A stretch of 63,243 bases of DNA, the filler included. It is 4 parts of 4 records of this genome, joined end to end, with 100 filler letters (N's around TTAATTAATTAA, not from the genome) between each part and the next. Parts side by side here need not be neighbours in the genome. Positions count along the whole stretch, not along the records: positions 1 to 10,915 come from DRR378314_420; positions 11,016 to 38,598 come from DRR378314_421; 2 more parts are not named here. One strand, 5' to 3'. This document shows, piece after piece, positions 9,519 through 18,822 of this stretch (positions are counted from its first letter, which is position 1; each line of letters opens with the position of its first letter). The notes beneath the pieces are model-generated. The model was not told the DNA's origin. It was given only the letters and a program-made list of their open reading frames with translations, and did no database searches. The position numbers and the translations under genes were made by a program.

Positions 9519-10508
9519 ATGAAATCTAAAAGAAAATTACTAACGCTCTTTATAACTATAATTAGTTATAATATCACAAGCCAGATTAAAAAAGAAAATT
9601 TTAAAGTTTCTGGAACAATTGACACGTATTACACAACCAACTTATTCCAATCAACAAAAAAAACAGTTGGAATTTTATCCGACAAACCTCCAAATGGATT
9701 TGGACTTGGAATGGCAAACCTTGTTTTTTCTTATGAAAATAAAAAAACAGGTGTGATTATAGATCTAGCTTATGGACCTAGAGCAAATGCAGCTAATGCT
9801 TTTGATGGAGACATAAACCAGCTCTATGTTTATTTTCAACCTACAGCAGATTTAAAGCTAACATTGGGCCAGTTTAATACTTTTTTTGGATATGAGGTAA
9901 TCTCACCTCTTGTAAATTTCAATTACACAGTATCTTACCTTTTTAATGCAGGCCCTTTTTCTCATACCGGTTTACGTGCAGATTACACTTTTAATGAAGA
10001 CACCTCATTAATGCTTGCTTTAACAAATCCACATGGAATCACTTCGGGTACAAACTCTTTAAAAGACAATTATCAATTTGGTTTTCAATTCGGTTATAAA
10101 TACCAATATTTTAATCTGGTTTATGGCTCAGATGGATTTGGCTTTAATGATGTACTATATTTAGATTACACAGGTGGTTTCGATTTCACAAACACTTTTT
10201 ATCTAGGTATTAACCTAGCTTATTCTAATTCCGATGATTCTAAATCTAGCTACAAAGGTGCAGCCCTATATTTTCAGAAAGAATTTTCTAAGTTATTTTC
10301 TGGAGGAATTAGATCTGAGTTCTTCAGCAACACATCTAATAATACTCAAAATGACATATATGCCATAACCTTCACAGGTAATATCAAATTATCAGATCAA
10401 TTAAAATTTACATCTGAATTAAGATATGACACCTCTGAAGACATCATAATCATCGGCAATAAAAAAAATGCAACTGGACTAACTCTAGCAGCTATATATA
10501 ATTTTTAA
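9519..10508 (+). CDS. Putative outer-membrane beta-barrel porin (BBP2/OmpL-like)
   Basis: Signal peptide, SGTIDTYY, GQFNTFFGYEVI..NFNY..SYLF..GPFSHTG motif, amphipathic strands, C-terminal Phe (AAIYNF). Confidence 0.75.
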   Translation: MKSKRKLLTLFITIISYNITSQIKKENFKVSGTIDTYYTTNLFQSTKKTVGILSDKPPNGFGLGMANLVFSYENKKTGVIIDLAYGPRANAANAFDGDINQLYVYFQPTADLKLTLGQFNTFFGYEVISPLVNFNYTVSYLFNAGPFSHTGLRADYTFNEDTSLMLALTNPHGITSGTNSLKDNYQFGFQFGYKYQYFNLVYGSDGFGFNDVLYLDYTGGFDFTNTFYLGINLAYSNSDDSKSSYKGAALYFQKEFSKLFSGGIRSEFFSNTSNNTQNDIYAITFTGNIKLSDQLKFTSELRYDTSEDIIIIGNKKNATGLTLAAIYNF

Positions 10509-10523
10509 ATCAAACTTTTTTAT

Positions 10524-10862
10524 ATGAAAAAAATAGAAACCGTTATTAGAAAATCAAAATTTAGAAAAGTAAAACAAGCACTACACAATGTAGGCGTTAA
10601 CTTTTTCTCCTATTGGGATGTAACAGGACTTGGTAATGAAAAAGAAGGACATGTTTATCGTGGAGTAAGCTATAGTACAAGTGATATTCAACGTAGATAT
10701 TTATCTATCGTAGTTAATAACAATTTTGAAGAAGCAACCATACAAGCAATATTAGAATCAGCCGCTACAGGTGATGTTGGAGATGGGAAAATATTTGTTT
10801 CAACTATTGACGAATGTTACCGTATAAGAACTGGAGAAAAAGGAGCTAACACATTAAACTAA
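10524..10862 (+). CDS. glnB: P-II nitrogen regulatory protein
   Basis: 112 aa; T-loop YRGVSY, TGDVGDGKIFV, RIRTGE. Confidence 0.93.
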   Translation: MKKIETVIRKSKFRKVKQALHNVGVNFFSYWDVTGLGNEKEGHVYRGVSYSTSDIQRRYLSIVVNNNFEEATIQAILESAATGDVGDGKIFVSTIDECYRIRTGEKGANTLN

Positions 10863-10867
10863 AAAAA

Positions 10868-10915
10868 ATGGAATTACTTACAATTAATAATGTATGGATG
10901 ATGATCTGTACAGCA
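10868..10915 (+). CDS. amt: Ammonium transporter Amt, N-terminal fragment (contig end)
   Basis: MELLTINNVWMMICTA matches the Amt TM1 start (NxxWxxxxxA); directly after the P-II gene. Not in the ORF track. Confidence 0.75.
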
Positions 10916-11015
10916 NNNNNNNNNNNNNNNNNNNNNNNNNNNNNNNNNNNNNNNNNNNNTTAATTAATTAANNNNNNNNNNNNNNNNNNNNNNNNNNNNN
11001 NNNNNNNNNNNNNNN
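10916..11015. other. Artificial contig-joining spacer
   Basis: 44 N + TTAATTAATTAA (stops in all six frames) + 44 N; composition changes across it. Confidence 0.97.
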
Positions 11016-11043
11016 GTGCTCTAACCAGCTGAGCTACGTAGCC
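11016..11043 (-). tRNA. tRNA 5' half, probably elongator tRNA-Met (truncated by contig end)
   Basis: Reverse complement GGCTACGTAGCTCAGCTGGTTAGAGCAC resembles the gammaproteobacterial tRNA-Met 5' end; anticodon not visible. Confidence 0.8.
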
Positions 11044-11073
11044 ATACCTTTTTACTTACCGCTCTCTGTGAGT

Positions 11074-11111
11074 GCGGCGCGTATTATGCAAATCGCTCCG
11101 CAGCCCGTCAA
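11074..11111 (-). promoter_or_regulatory. Sigma70 stable-RNA promoter
   Basis: TTGACG-17 nt-CATAAT followed by a GC-rich discriminator (ACGCGCCGC). Confidence 0.8.
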
Positions 11112-11187
11112 CCTATTTTTGAGAAAAAACGATATTAACGGGCGCGTTTGAGCAAAAAAGCAGTTATTTGCTTAAAAAGGCAGCAAA

Positions 11188-11856
11188 TCACCAGGGCAGG
11201 CTTTCTCCGTTGCTATGAAAAAACTGTCCGGTGGTATCTAAATTCAATTCTTCAATGCGTTGTATTAAACGTTCAGCTGCGGTTTCCGGTGGAATATCTC
11301 CGGCGTGGTTAACCATCTCGGTTTGTACAAAGCCCGGATGCAGCAGAACAACGGAAATACCTTTGTCTTTTAGATCCAGCGCCAGAGATTTGCCAGCTGC
11401 ATTTAATGCGGCTTTTGACATTCGGTAGCCATAACGACTACCGGAACCATTATCGCCAATGGAACCCATACGACTGGTAATCAATGCCACCTTGCTGCCG
11501 TCCTTCAAGTTTTTAAGCAGAGCTTCAGTGACTCGTAGCGGGGCTAACGCATTGACCTCAAATTGAGCACGGATATTGCCGGCGTCTAGTTCACCCAGTA
11601 CGTCTTTATGAAGCAGTCCAGCGTTATTAATTAAAACATCAATTTTTTTATCACCGATGCTTTCCGTAAGACGAAGAAGATCTGACGCTTTTGTAACGTC
11701 AATGCCTTCAATAATATCGACATCTAACTCAGTCAGTTGCTTTGAGTTGTTACGGCAAACCGCAATAACTTTATAGCCTTTGTCAGCGTACTGGCGCGCA
11801 AACTCGTAGCCAATGCCGCGGTTTGCACCGGTAATTAAAACTTGTTGTTGACTCAT
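11188..11856 (-). CDS. SDR oxidoreductase (CsgA/C-factor-like)
   Basis: TGANRGIG, NNAG, YRMSK, LHPGFVQTEM; start moved to the ATG at 11856 behind a GGAG RBS. Confidence 0.88.
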   Translation of the reverse strand: MSQQQVLITGANRGIGYEFARQYADKGYKVIAVCRNNSKQLTELDVDIIEGIDVTKASDLLRLTESIGDKKIDVLINNAGLLHKDVLGELDAGNIRAQFEVNALAPLRVTEALLKNLKDGSKVALITSRMGSIGDNGSGSRYGYRMSKAALNAAGKSLALDLKDKGISVVLLHPGFVQTEMVNHAGDIPPETAAERLIQRIEELNLDTTGQFFHSNGESLPW

Positions 11857-11880
11857 CTTGTACTCCAAATACCAGAGGCG

Positions 11881-13263
11881 CTATTCGCTAACGCCACCTT
11901 CAGTTAATTTTTTCGGGTCCAGCAACTGCTCCAGCCGGTCACGACCTAAGTCGGTCATCTCATCAGCAACATCGATAATGGCTCTGCCATCTTTATAAGC
12001 TACTTTGGCAATTTCAGCGGCCTTATTGTAGCCAATGACCGGATTAAGAGCCGTTACCAGAATAGGGTTTTTCGCTAAAGCTTGTTGCAGTCGCTCTTCA
12101 TTAACCTCGAAGTCGGCAATAGCTTTGCTTGCCAGAGCTTCACAACTGTTACTGAGTATATTAATGGACTGTAGTAAGTTGTAGCCAATAACCGGCAGCA
12201 TAACGTTTAGCTGGAAGTTGCCTTGCTGAGCTGCGGTTGTAATTGTGGTGTGATTACCATTTACCTGAGCGGCAACCATAGCTACAGCTTCCGGAATAAC
12301 CGGGTTCACTTTACCCGGCATAATACTGCTTCCGGGTTGTAATGCGGTTAGCTGAATTTCGCCTAAGCCCGCCAGTGGTCCACTGTTCATCCAGCGTAAG
12401 TCGTTACTGACTTTGAGTAAGGTAGTCGCCAGCGTATTCAGTTGTGCCGAGAGTTGTAAGTTGATTTCCTGTCCGGCAATACCCGTAAAAGGGTTCGCGG
12501 AGTGTTTAAAGTCACTGCCGCTAAGCTGAGTCAACTGTTCGGCAAACTCAGCTGCGAATTCTTTAGGGGCATTTATTCCGGTACCTATTGCTGTACCGCC
12601 CTGAGGAAGAACTCGGCTGCGCTGCAATAACTGTGGAAGTTGTTCAGCGGTAATGTCCAACTGACCCGCCCAGGCTTCAAGTTCTTGCGCCATGGTCATT
12701 GGCATGGCATCCATTAAATGGGTTCTGCCGGTTTTTACCACATTGCGTAGCTCAATGGCTTTCTTGCGAATGGTGTCAATAAGACCTTTTAAAGCCGGTT
12801 CTAACTGTTTTTCTACAGCCAGCACACTCGCTACCTGAATGGCGGTAGGTATAACATCGTTGCTTGACTGGCTTTGGTTTACATGGTCATTGGGGTGAAT
12901 TTCAACACCGTTTTGTTTAGCTAAATTGGCAATAACCTCGTTCACATTCATATTGGAACTGGTGCCTGAACCGGTTTGAAATACATCGATAGGGAAGTGC
13001 TCTAAGTGTTGACCGTTAATGATTTCTTTAGCCGCTTTAATAATGGCGCCAGCCTGTTCCTTTTCTAACTGACCGATTTTAGCGTTTGCTCCGGCCGCAC
13101 TCGCTTTAACCATTGCGATGGCTTGTATTAACTGAGTGGGTAAGGTTAACCCGCTGATGGAAAAGTTATCAACGGCGCGTTGAGTTTGTGCCGCATAAAG
13201 TGCTTTTGAGGGGACTTTGACCTCGCCCATACTGTCTTTCTCTGTGCGATAATCCTGACTCAT
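11881..13263 (-). CDS. fumC: Class II fumarate hydratase
   Basis: RTEKDSMG, QTGSGTSSNMN, GRTHLMDA, GSSIMPGKVNP; GGAGG RBS before the ATG at 13263. Confidence 0.93.
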   Translation of the reverse strand: MSQDYRTEKDSMGEVKVPSKALYAAQTQRAVDNFSISGLTLPTQLIQAIAMVKASAAGANAKIGQLEKEQAGAIIKAAKEIINGQHLEHFPIDVFQTGSGTSSNMNVNEVIANLAKQNGVEIHPNDHVNQSQSSNDVIPTAIQVASVLAVEKQLEPALKGLIDTIRKKAIELRNVVKTGRTHLMDAMPMTMAQELEAWAGQLDITAEQLPQLLQRSRVLPQGGTAIGTGINAPKEFAAEFAEQLTQLSGSDFKHSANPFTGIAGQEINLQLSAQLNTLATTLLKVSNDLRWMNSGPLAGLGEIQLTALQPGSSIMPGKVNPVIPEAVAMVAAQVNGNHTTITTAAQQGNFQLNVMLPVIGYNLLQSINILSNSCEALASKAIADFEVNEERLQQALAKNPILVTALNPVIGYNKAAEIAKVAYKDGRAIIDVADEMTDLGRDRLEQLLDPKKLTEGGVSE

Positions 13264-13455
13264 GAATATCCCTCCTGTCATAAGCTTAAGAGTAAAAGCT
13301 TCGTATCGAAATTAGTATGTCGCCACTGAGTATTTCAAATACCAATAATGAACCATAGTGGATCATTAATACGTACTCCAATCATAGCGCAATTTCGTTT
13401 TTTCGGTTACGGTTGACTGATGTGCGCCCAATGGTGATTTTGTGGAGGATCCTGT

Positions 13456-14112
13456 GTGAAGCGATTTTTTGTTGGTGTTTTTTTCATGGCATCTGTGGTT
13501 CAAAACGTAGTTGCAGATACCGTAACGGTTGAGGTTGTGGCCGCAGATGGTCAGCCGTTGGCAAATGCTGCACTATTAATTGAGAGGGAAAAGCCGTCTG
13601 TCAAAGTGCCTGGGCAGTCGGCGGTAGTTGATCAGGTGGACAAGCAGTTTACGCCCACGGTTAGCGCAGTAGAGCCTGGCACTGACGTTGTTTTTCCTAA
13701 CAGTGATAACATTCGACACCATGTTTACTCTTTTTCTGAGGCTAAGAATTTTGAGTTAAAACTTTATTCCGATAAAGAAAAGCCAAGTGTTAATTTTGAT
13801 AAAGCTGGCATAGTGACTCTCGGGTGCAATATTCACGACCAGATGGTTGCCTATGTGTTGGTAAGTGACGAATATGATGTTGCTGTAACGAATGAACAAG
13901 GTATTGCGGAGCTTAATCTGGAAGAAAGAGAAGCGCCCGCTGAAGTCAAGGTGTGGCATTATTGGATGGGGGACGAATTGTCTAAAGCACAGAGCGTGCA
14001 ATTAACCTCAGATTCAGGGAAGCTAACCGCGCAGGTGCAAGTATCACCGCCGGTGCAGGAAGATAAAGAGCCCTCGCGGCTGGAACAGCGATTTAATCGT
14101 AGAGGGAATTGA
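13456..14112 (+). CDS. Exported cupredoxin-like protein ('methylamine utilization protein'-type family)
   Basis: Signal peptide; FPNSDNIRHHVYSFS and GCNIHDQM supply a His...Cys-x2-His-x2-Met type-1 copper ligand set; GGAGG RBS before the GTG start. Confidence 0.75.
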   Translation: MKRFFVGVFFMASVVQNVVADTVTVEVVAADGQPLANAALLIEREKPSVKVPGQSAVVDQVDKQFTPTVSAVEPGTDVVFPNSDNIRHHVYSFSEAKNFELKLYSDKEKPSVNFDKAGIVTLGCNIHDQMVAYVLVSDEYDVAVTNEQGIAELNLEEREAPAEVKVWHYWMGDELSKAQSVQLTSDSGKLTAQVQVSPPVQEDKEPSRLEQRFNRRGN

Positions 14113-16403
14113 TGATAACACGGTTCAGAACCCGTTTAATTCTCATCCTTGCAGGGCTCGTAGCTGGCGCTTTGTTGGTTGCTTTGGCAGCGGTTTGGGT
14201 CGCTACAGAGAATCAGTTAGGCCGCTCCATTGAACGTGAGCTTAGTGTCAGTGAAAGAGTCTTCCGGGAGCTTCTGGATAGCCGTAGCGCTCAGTTGTTG
14301 CAAGCGGCAGAAGTTCTTACCGATGATTTTGGGTTTAAACGCGCGGTGGCTTCAAAAGATCGGGAAACCATAGTGTCAGCTTTGGTCAATTACGGTGAGC
14401 GTATTGAAGCTGAGTTGATGGTGCTGCAAACTCCCGAGGGCGAAGAAATAGCATCATCTCATGCTTTTGATAAGCTACGTATTAGCCATAGTGGGGCAGG
14501 CTCGAACAGTGAACTGGCGGTTGTCGAAGGAGAACTGTTTCAACTGGTTACAGTACCGGTTAATGCTCCAAATCTTATTGCCTGGGCAACCTTAGGTTTT
14601 GAAGTGGATTCGGGGTTAGCAGAAGAGTTAAAAAACCTGGCTAATGCCGATATCACCCTGTGGCTGGAGAACTCGGGAAAAGTCATTGCTTCCAGTCTGG
14701 AGGCCCGACAAGTGTCCTCGTTTGCAAAAGCCCTGAACAAAGACGGTCATACTCTTGATAACTGGTTGTTAAGCCAGGAACTGGCGGGGAGTGAAGTGGT
14801 GCTTGATGCCGGTTCCGATGACGCCGTTCATGTGGCATTGACAACGTCACTTGAAACGGCGGCCGCCGAGTTCACACGGCTGCATTGGCAAATTGCTTTA
14901 ATTGCAATTGTCGCTCTGGTTATAGCTATGCTTTTAGCGGCGATTATAGCCCGAGGGGTTTCCCGTCCGTTACAGCAGTTATCGGGAGCGGCTAGGAAAT
15001 TACAGCAAGGCGACTACAGCGAATCCGAGTTGTCGCTGAACGACGATGAGTTCGGAGAGCTGGCGAATACCTTTGGCAGCATGCGCAAGGCTATTTCCGA
15101 ACGTGAAAAAAGAATTTCTTATCAGGCATCTCATGACCATTTAACCGATTTACCGAATCGTTCGTTTTTCCGTGAGCAGTTACAGTACCGTTTAGATGGC
15201 AATACCAGCTCCGGATGCCTGTTATTGTTGAATATTCATCAATTCAGAGTTCTCAACGACAGTGTGGGGCAGGAAATCGGTGATGACATCCTGCGTCAGT
15301 TATCTGCCCGGCTGAAGTGGTGTTGTGGCAACGCTGAATTATTGGCTCGCATCGGTGGCGACGAATTTGCTGTTTTATACGCTTCTGATAAGTCCGAATT
15401 CGATCTCGACAACAAAATTAAAGAGCTTCACTCTTTTCTTGATACGCCTTTTAAAGTCGGCGACAGTGATTATCGGCTGGCCTTTAATATCGGTGTTGTT
15501 TATTTTCCTGGGCATGGCAACGAGGTCGACTTACTTATTCGTCGCGCGCAAGTCAGTGTTCAACAGTCCAAACTCCAGAAGAGCTTTTATGTTGAATATA
15601 AAAGTGGGTTGGACGAACAATACATGCGGCGCCTGCAAATTATCGAGTCCCTTAAAGACGCAGTAGCGGATAAGGAGCTACATCTTGTACTGCAACCTAA
15701 AATTAATTGCCAGACGGGTTCAGTGGTGGGGGCTGAGGTATTGTTGAGATGGCAAAGTGATAAGCTCGGATTTGTCGGACCGGATGAATTTATTCCGTTA
15801 GCAGAGCAATCCGGAGCCATTACAGAGTTGACCAACTGGGTGTGCAGAGAGTCGGCCAAACTGCTTCAGAGCTGGCATGAGCAGGGGCGGACTTTAAAAT
15901 TGAGCATCAATTTGTCAACCGTCGACTTATTGAGCGACGCCTTACCCTTGCTGTTTGAACAACTCATTATTGATTTTCCTGAGTTGCCAAAATTACTGGT
16001 ACTGGAAATTACAGAAAGTGCGGTAATGAAAGACCCGGAAAAAGCCATTGCCCGGCTGGAAACATTGAAGCGTCTTGGGTTTTCAATATCAATTGATGAC
16101 TACGGTACCGGACACTCCTCATTGGCACAATTGCGGCGTTTACCGGTAGAGGAATTGAAAGTAGACCGGGCCTTTGTACAGCATTTGAGCGAGGAGTCTA
16201 AGGACAAATCTATTGTTCGTTCAACCATACACTTAGCTCACGAGTTAGGTCTTCGTGTCGTTGCAGAAGGTGTGGAAAATGAGGATAGCTGGAGAGTGTT
16301 GCAGTCGATGCATTGCGATGAGTTGCAAGGCTATTTCTTTAGCAAACCCTTACCAATTTCAGGCTTTATAGATTACTTAAATAACCATGAAACCAATGGA
16401 TGA
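14112..16403 (+). CDS. Membrane-bound sensor-HAMP-GGDEF-EAL c-di-GMP protein
   Basis: Two TMs around a ~230-aa periplasmic domain, HAMP, HDHLTDLPNR, GGDEF, EVLLRW, EITES, DDYGTGHSS, KVD, EGVE, QGY; TGATG overlap with the upstream gene. Confidence 0.93.
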   Translation: MITRFRTRLILILAGLVAGALLVALAAVWVATENQLGRSIERELSVSERVFRELLDSRSAQLLQAAEVLTDDFGFKRAVASKDRETIVSALVNYGERIEAELMVLQTPEGEEIASSHAFDKLRISHSGAGSNSELAVVEGELFQLVTVPVNAPNLIAWATLGFEVDSGLAEELKNLANADITLWLENSGKVIASSLEARQVSSFAKALNKDGHTLDNWLLSQELAGSEVVLDAGSDDAVHVALTTSLETAAAEFTRLHWQIALIAIVALVIAMLLAAIIARGVSRPLQQLSGAARKLQQGDYSESELSLNDDEFGELANTFGSMRKAISEREKRISYQASHDHLTDLPNRSFFREQLQYRLDGNTSSGCLLLLNIHQFRVLNDSVGQEIGDDILRQLSARLKWCCGNAELLARIGGDEFAVLYASDKSEFDLDNKIKELHSFLDTPFKVGDSDYRLAFNIGVVYFPGHGNEVDLLIRRAQVSVQQSKLQKSFYVEYKSGLDEQYMRRLQIIESLKDAVADKELHLVLQPKINCQTGSVVGAEVLLRWQSDKLGFVGPDEFIPLAEQSGAITELTNWVCRESAKLLQSWHEQGRTLKLSINLSTVDLLSDALPLLFEQLIIDFPELPKLLVLEITESAVMKDPEKAIARLETLKRLGFSISIDDYGTGHSSLAQLRRLPVEELKVDRAFVQHLSEESKDKSIVRSTIHLAHELGLRVVAEGVENEDSWRVLQSMHCDELQGYFFSKPLPISGFIDYLNNHETNG

Positions 16404-16409
16404 TAACGA

Positions 16410-17264
16410 ATGATGAACAAGTGTTTATATGGTGGCGGTTTTTTGCTGACCTGTGCTCTAGCTTTAACCCCGCCTGCAGCAGCGGATCAGGGAGCCCGAT
16501 TACTAGCGACCGGTGGTACCAGTAGTCTTGAAGGCTCTGGCGGCGGAGGCATAGTGCCCTGGGCTACGTTAAGCAGTTATGCCGGTGAAGGCCAATTTGG
16601 CGCGACGGTTAACTTAAGTGAAGTTTCAGTTGATGATTTCCGCTTAAGTGTTCAGGGCGCCAGTTTGAGCTGGAACAACCGTATTGAGCTTTCGTATGCT
16701 GAACAAACCTTTGATCTCTCCACTATTGGCGGCGAATTGAGCCAAAGCATTGTTGGTGCAAAAGTACGTTTGGCAGGAGACTTAATTTATGGTGGCCTAC
16801 CGCAAATAAGCCTGGGTTTACAACATAAGAAGAACAACGATTATGAGTTGCCAGCGGCGGTAGGCTCTCAGGATGACAGTGGCACCGACTGGTATGTCAG
16901 TGCGGCAAAAGCCTGGCTAGACGGGCCTTTCCACCGTACCTGGGTTGCTAATCTGACTTTGCGTTCAAGTAAAGCTAACCAATTGGGCTTACTGGGCTTT
17001 GGTGGCGATAAAGAAGATGGCCGCGAGTGGCTGTCTGAAGCTTCCGTAGTTGCGTTTATTAATCGTTATTGGGCTGTAGGCGTTGAGTATAGACAGAAAC
17101 CGGACAACTTAAGTTTTGCTCAAGAGCAGGACTGGAAAGATCTTTTTGTTGCTTATTTCCCGAATAAACATGTATCGGTTGTTGGTGCCTACACCGATCT
17201 GGGCTCGATTGCCGGCCTGGATGATCAAACGGGTTGGTATTTATCGGTTCAGGCGGCCTTTTAA
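16410..17264 (+). CDS. DUF3034-like exported protein, predicted outer-membrane beta-barrel
   Basis: Signal peptide, ATGG..EGSGGGGIVPWA motif, EYRQKPDNL, alternating strands, C-terminal GWYLSVQAAF. Confidence 0.72.
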   Translation: MMNKCLYGGGFLLTCALALTPPAAADQGARLLATGGTSSLEGSGGGGIVPWATLSSYAGEGQFGATVNLSEVSVDDFRLSVQGASLSWNNRIELSYAEQTFDLSTIGGELSQSIVGAKVRLAGDLIYGGLPQISLGLQHKKNNDYELPAAVGSQDDSGTDWYVSAAKAWLDGPFHRTWVANLTLRSSKANQLGLLGFGGDKEDGREWLSEASVVAFINRYWAVGVEYRQKPDNLSFAQEQDWKDLFVAYFPNKHVSVVGAYTDLGSIAGLDDQTGWYLSVQAAF

Positions 17265-17273
17265 GGAGAGACT

Positions 17274-17681
17274 ATGAAAACTGTTTTGTTATTGGTGGCC
17301 TTGTTGTTTTCGCCGCTTAGCTTTGCTCAGAGTCTGTATCAGCAACTGGGTGAGCAGCAGGGCATAGAGACTATCGTCGAAGAAATGCTCTACCGGGTGG
17401 GTGGTGATGAGCGTATTGCGCATCATTTTGATGGTGTTGATATTATGCGTGTGCACAAACTCATCAGTGAACAAGTGTGTGACTTAAGTGGTGGTCCTTG
17501 TGATTACAGTGGCGAGGATATGAAAACTTCCCATCGTAATATGGGAGTCGACAATGCGGATTTTAACGCTTTAGTCGAACACTTGATTGCTGCAATGGAA
17601 AAAGAGGATGTGCCGGTTTCAGCGCAGAATCAGTTATTGGGCGTGCTGGCGCCAATGCATGGCGATATTGTTGAAGAGTAA
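17274..17681 (+). CDS. Group I truncated (2/2) haemoglobin with signal peptide
   Basis: SLYQQLG, CD1 Phe, GGPxxYxG motif, proximal His in MKTSH; N-terminus MKTVLLLVALLFSPLSFA looks like a Sec signal. Confidence 0.88.
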   Translation: MKTVLLLVALLFSPLSFAQSLYQQLGEQQGIETIVEEMLYRVGGDERIAHHFDGVDIMRVHKLISEQVCDLSGGPCDYSGEDMKTSHRNMGVDNADFNALVEHLIAAMEKEDVPVSAQNQLLGVLAPMHGDIVEE

Positions 17682-17686
17682 TGAGG

Positions 17687-17715
17687 AAAAAGTGGCTCGC
17701 TGAGAGCGAGCCACT
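17687..17715 (-). terminator. Intrinsic terminator between the globin and ychF
   Basis: AGTGGCTCGCT-gag-AGCGAGCCACT perfect 11-bp stem with an A-tract on the left. Confidence 0.8.
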
Positions 17716-17724
17716 AATCGGTAT

Positions 17725-18816
17725 TTAAACGTTAAAGCGGAAGTGAATGACATCGCCGTCTTTCACAATGTACTCTTTCCCTTCGAGACGCCATTTCCCG
17801 GCATCTTTTGCGCCTTGTTCACCGTTGTTAGCTATATAGTCGTCATAACCAACAATCTCGGCACGAATAAAGCCTTTTTCAAAGTCAGTATGAATGCGTC
17901 CGGCTGCCTGCGGTGCAGTTGAACCCACTTTAACTGTCCAGGCGCGAACTTCCTTTACGCCGGCGGTGAAGTAAGTGTGCAGGTTTAGTAGTTCATAGCC
18001 GCCACGAATAACGCGGTTAAGCCCCGGTTCGTCCTGACCCAGTTCGCTTAAGAACTCTTCTTTATCGGCTTCGTCCAGCTCGGCAATTTCTGATTCAATA
18101 GCGGCACATACCGGAACGACTACCGCATTCTCGGTTGCGGCAATTTCACGAACTTTGTCAAGATGAGGGTTATTTTCAAAGCCGTCTTCGTTGACATTAG
18201 CAATGTACATAGTCGGCTTTAAAGTTAGCAAGTTGTATGAACGAATAGTGGCACGCTCATCTTTGCTTAGCTCAACAGAACGAGCCATTTGGCCTTCGTC
18301 CAGTGCCGGTTTCAGCTTTTCCAGCACGGCGATTTCGGCTTTAGCTTGTGAATCTCCACCTTTCGCTTTTTTACTTAAACGGTATAGAGACTTATCAACC
18401 GAGTCTAAATCGGCTAATGCCAGCTCGGTGTTAATGGTGTCAATGTCATCGGCAGGGTCGATACCACCGCTGACATGCACTATGTTGTCGTCTTCAAAAC
18501 AGCGAACAACATGGCCAATAGCGTCAGTTTCACGAATGTTTGCTAAAAACTGGTTACCTAAGCCTTCGCCTTTTGAAGCACCTTTAACTAACCCGGCGAT
18601 ATCCACAAACTCCATGGTTGTTGGAATGACTCGTTCCGGGTTAACAATAGCGGCTAGTTTATCAAGGCGAGGGTCAGGAACAGGCACAACGCCAGTGTTT
18701 GGTTCGATGGTACAAAATGGAAAGTTTGCAGCTTCAATGCCTGCTTTGGTCAGTGCGTTGAAGAGAGTGGATTTACCTACGTTAGGTAAACCAACGATAC
18801 CACATCGAAATCCCAT
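17725..18816 (-). CDS. ychF: Redox-regulated ATPase YchF
   Basis: [31 protein letters not shown] domain. Confidence 0.97.
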   Translation of the reverse strand: MGFRCGIVGLPNVGKSTLFNALTKAGIEAANFPFCTIEPNTGVVPVPDPRLDKLAAIVNPERVIPTTMEFVDIAGLVKGASKGEGLGNQFLANIRETDAIGHVVRCFEDDNIVHVSGGIDPADDIDTINTELALADLDSVDKSLYRLSKKAKGGDSQAKAEIAVLEKLKPALDEGQMARSVELSKDERATIRSYNLLTLKPTMYIANVNEDGFENNPHLDKVREIAATENAVVVPVCAAIESEIAELDEADKEEFLSELGQDEPGLNRVIRGGYELLNLHTYFTAGVKEVRAWTVKVGSTAPQAAGRIHTDFEKGFIRAEIVGYDDYIANNGEQGAKDAGKWRLEGKEYIVKDGDVIHFRFNV

Positions 18817-18822
18817 GAGAGT

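Noticed and set aside
10960-10971. TTAATTAATTAA palindrome repeated three times as a possible att or target site
   Set aside because: It is always flanked by exactly 44 N on each side, so it is an artificial six-frame stop linker.
13456-14112. Methylamine utilisation (mau) pathway
   Set aside because: No methylamine dehydrogenase or other mau genes are nearby. The family label does not imply that function.
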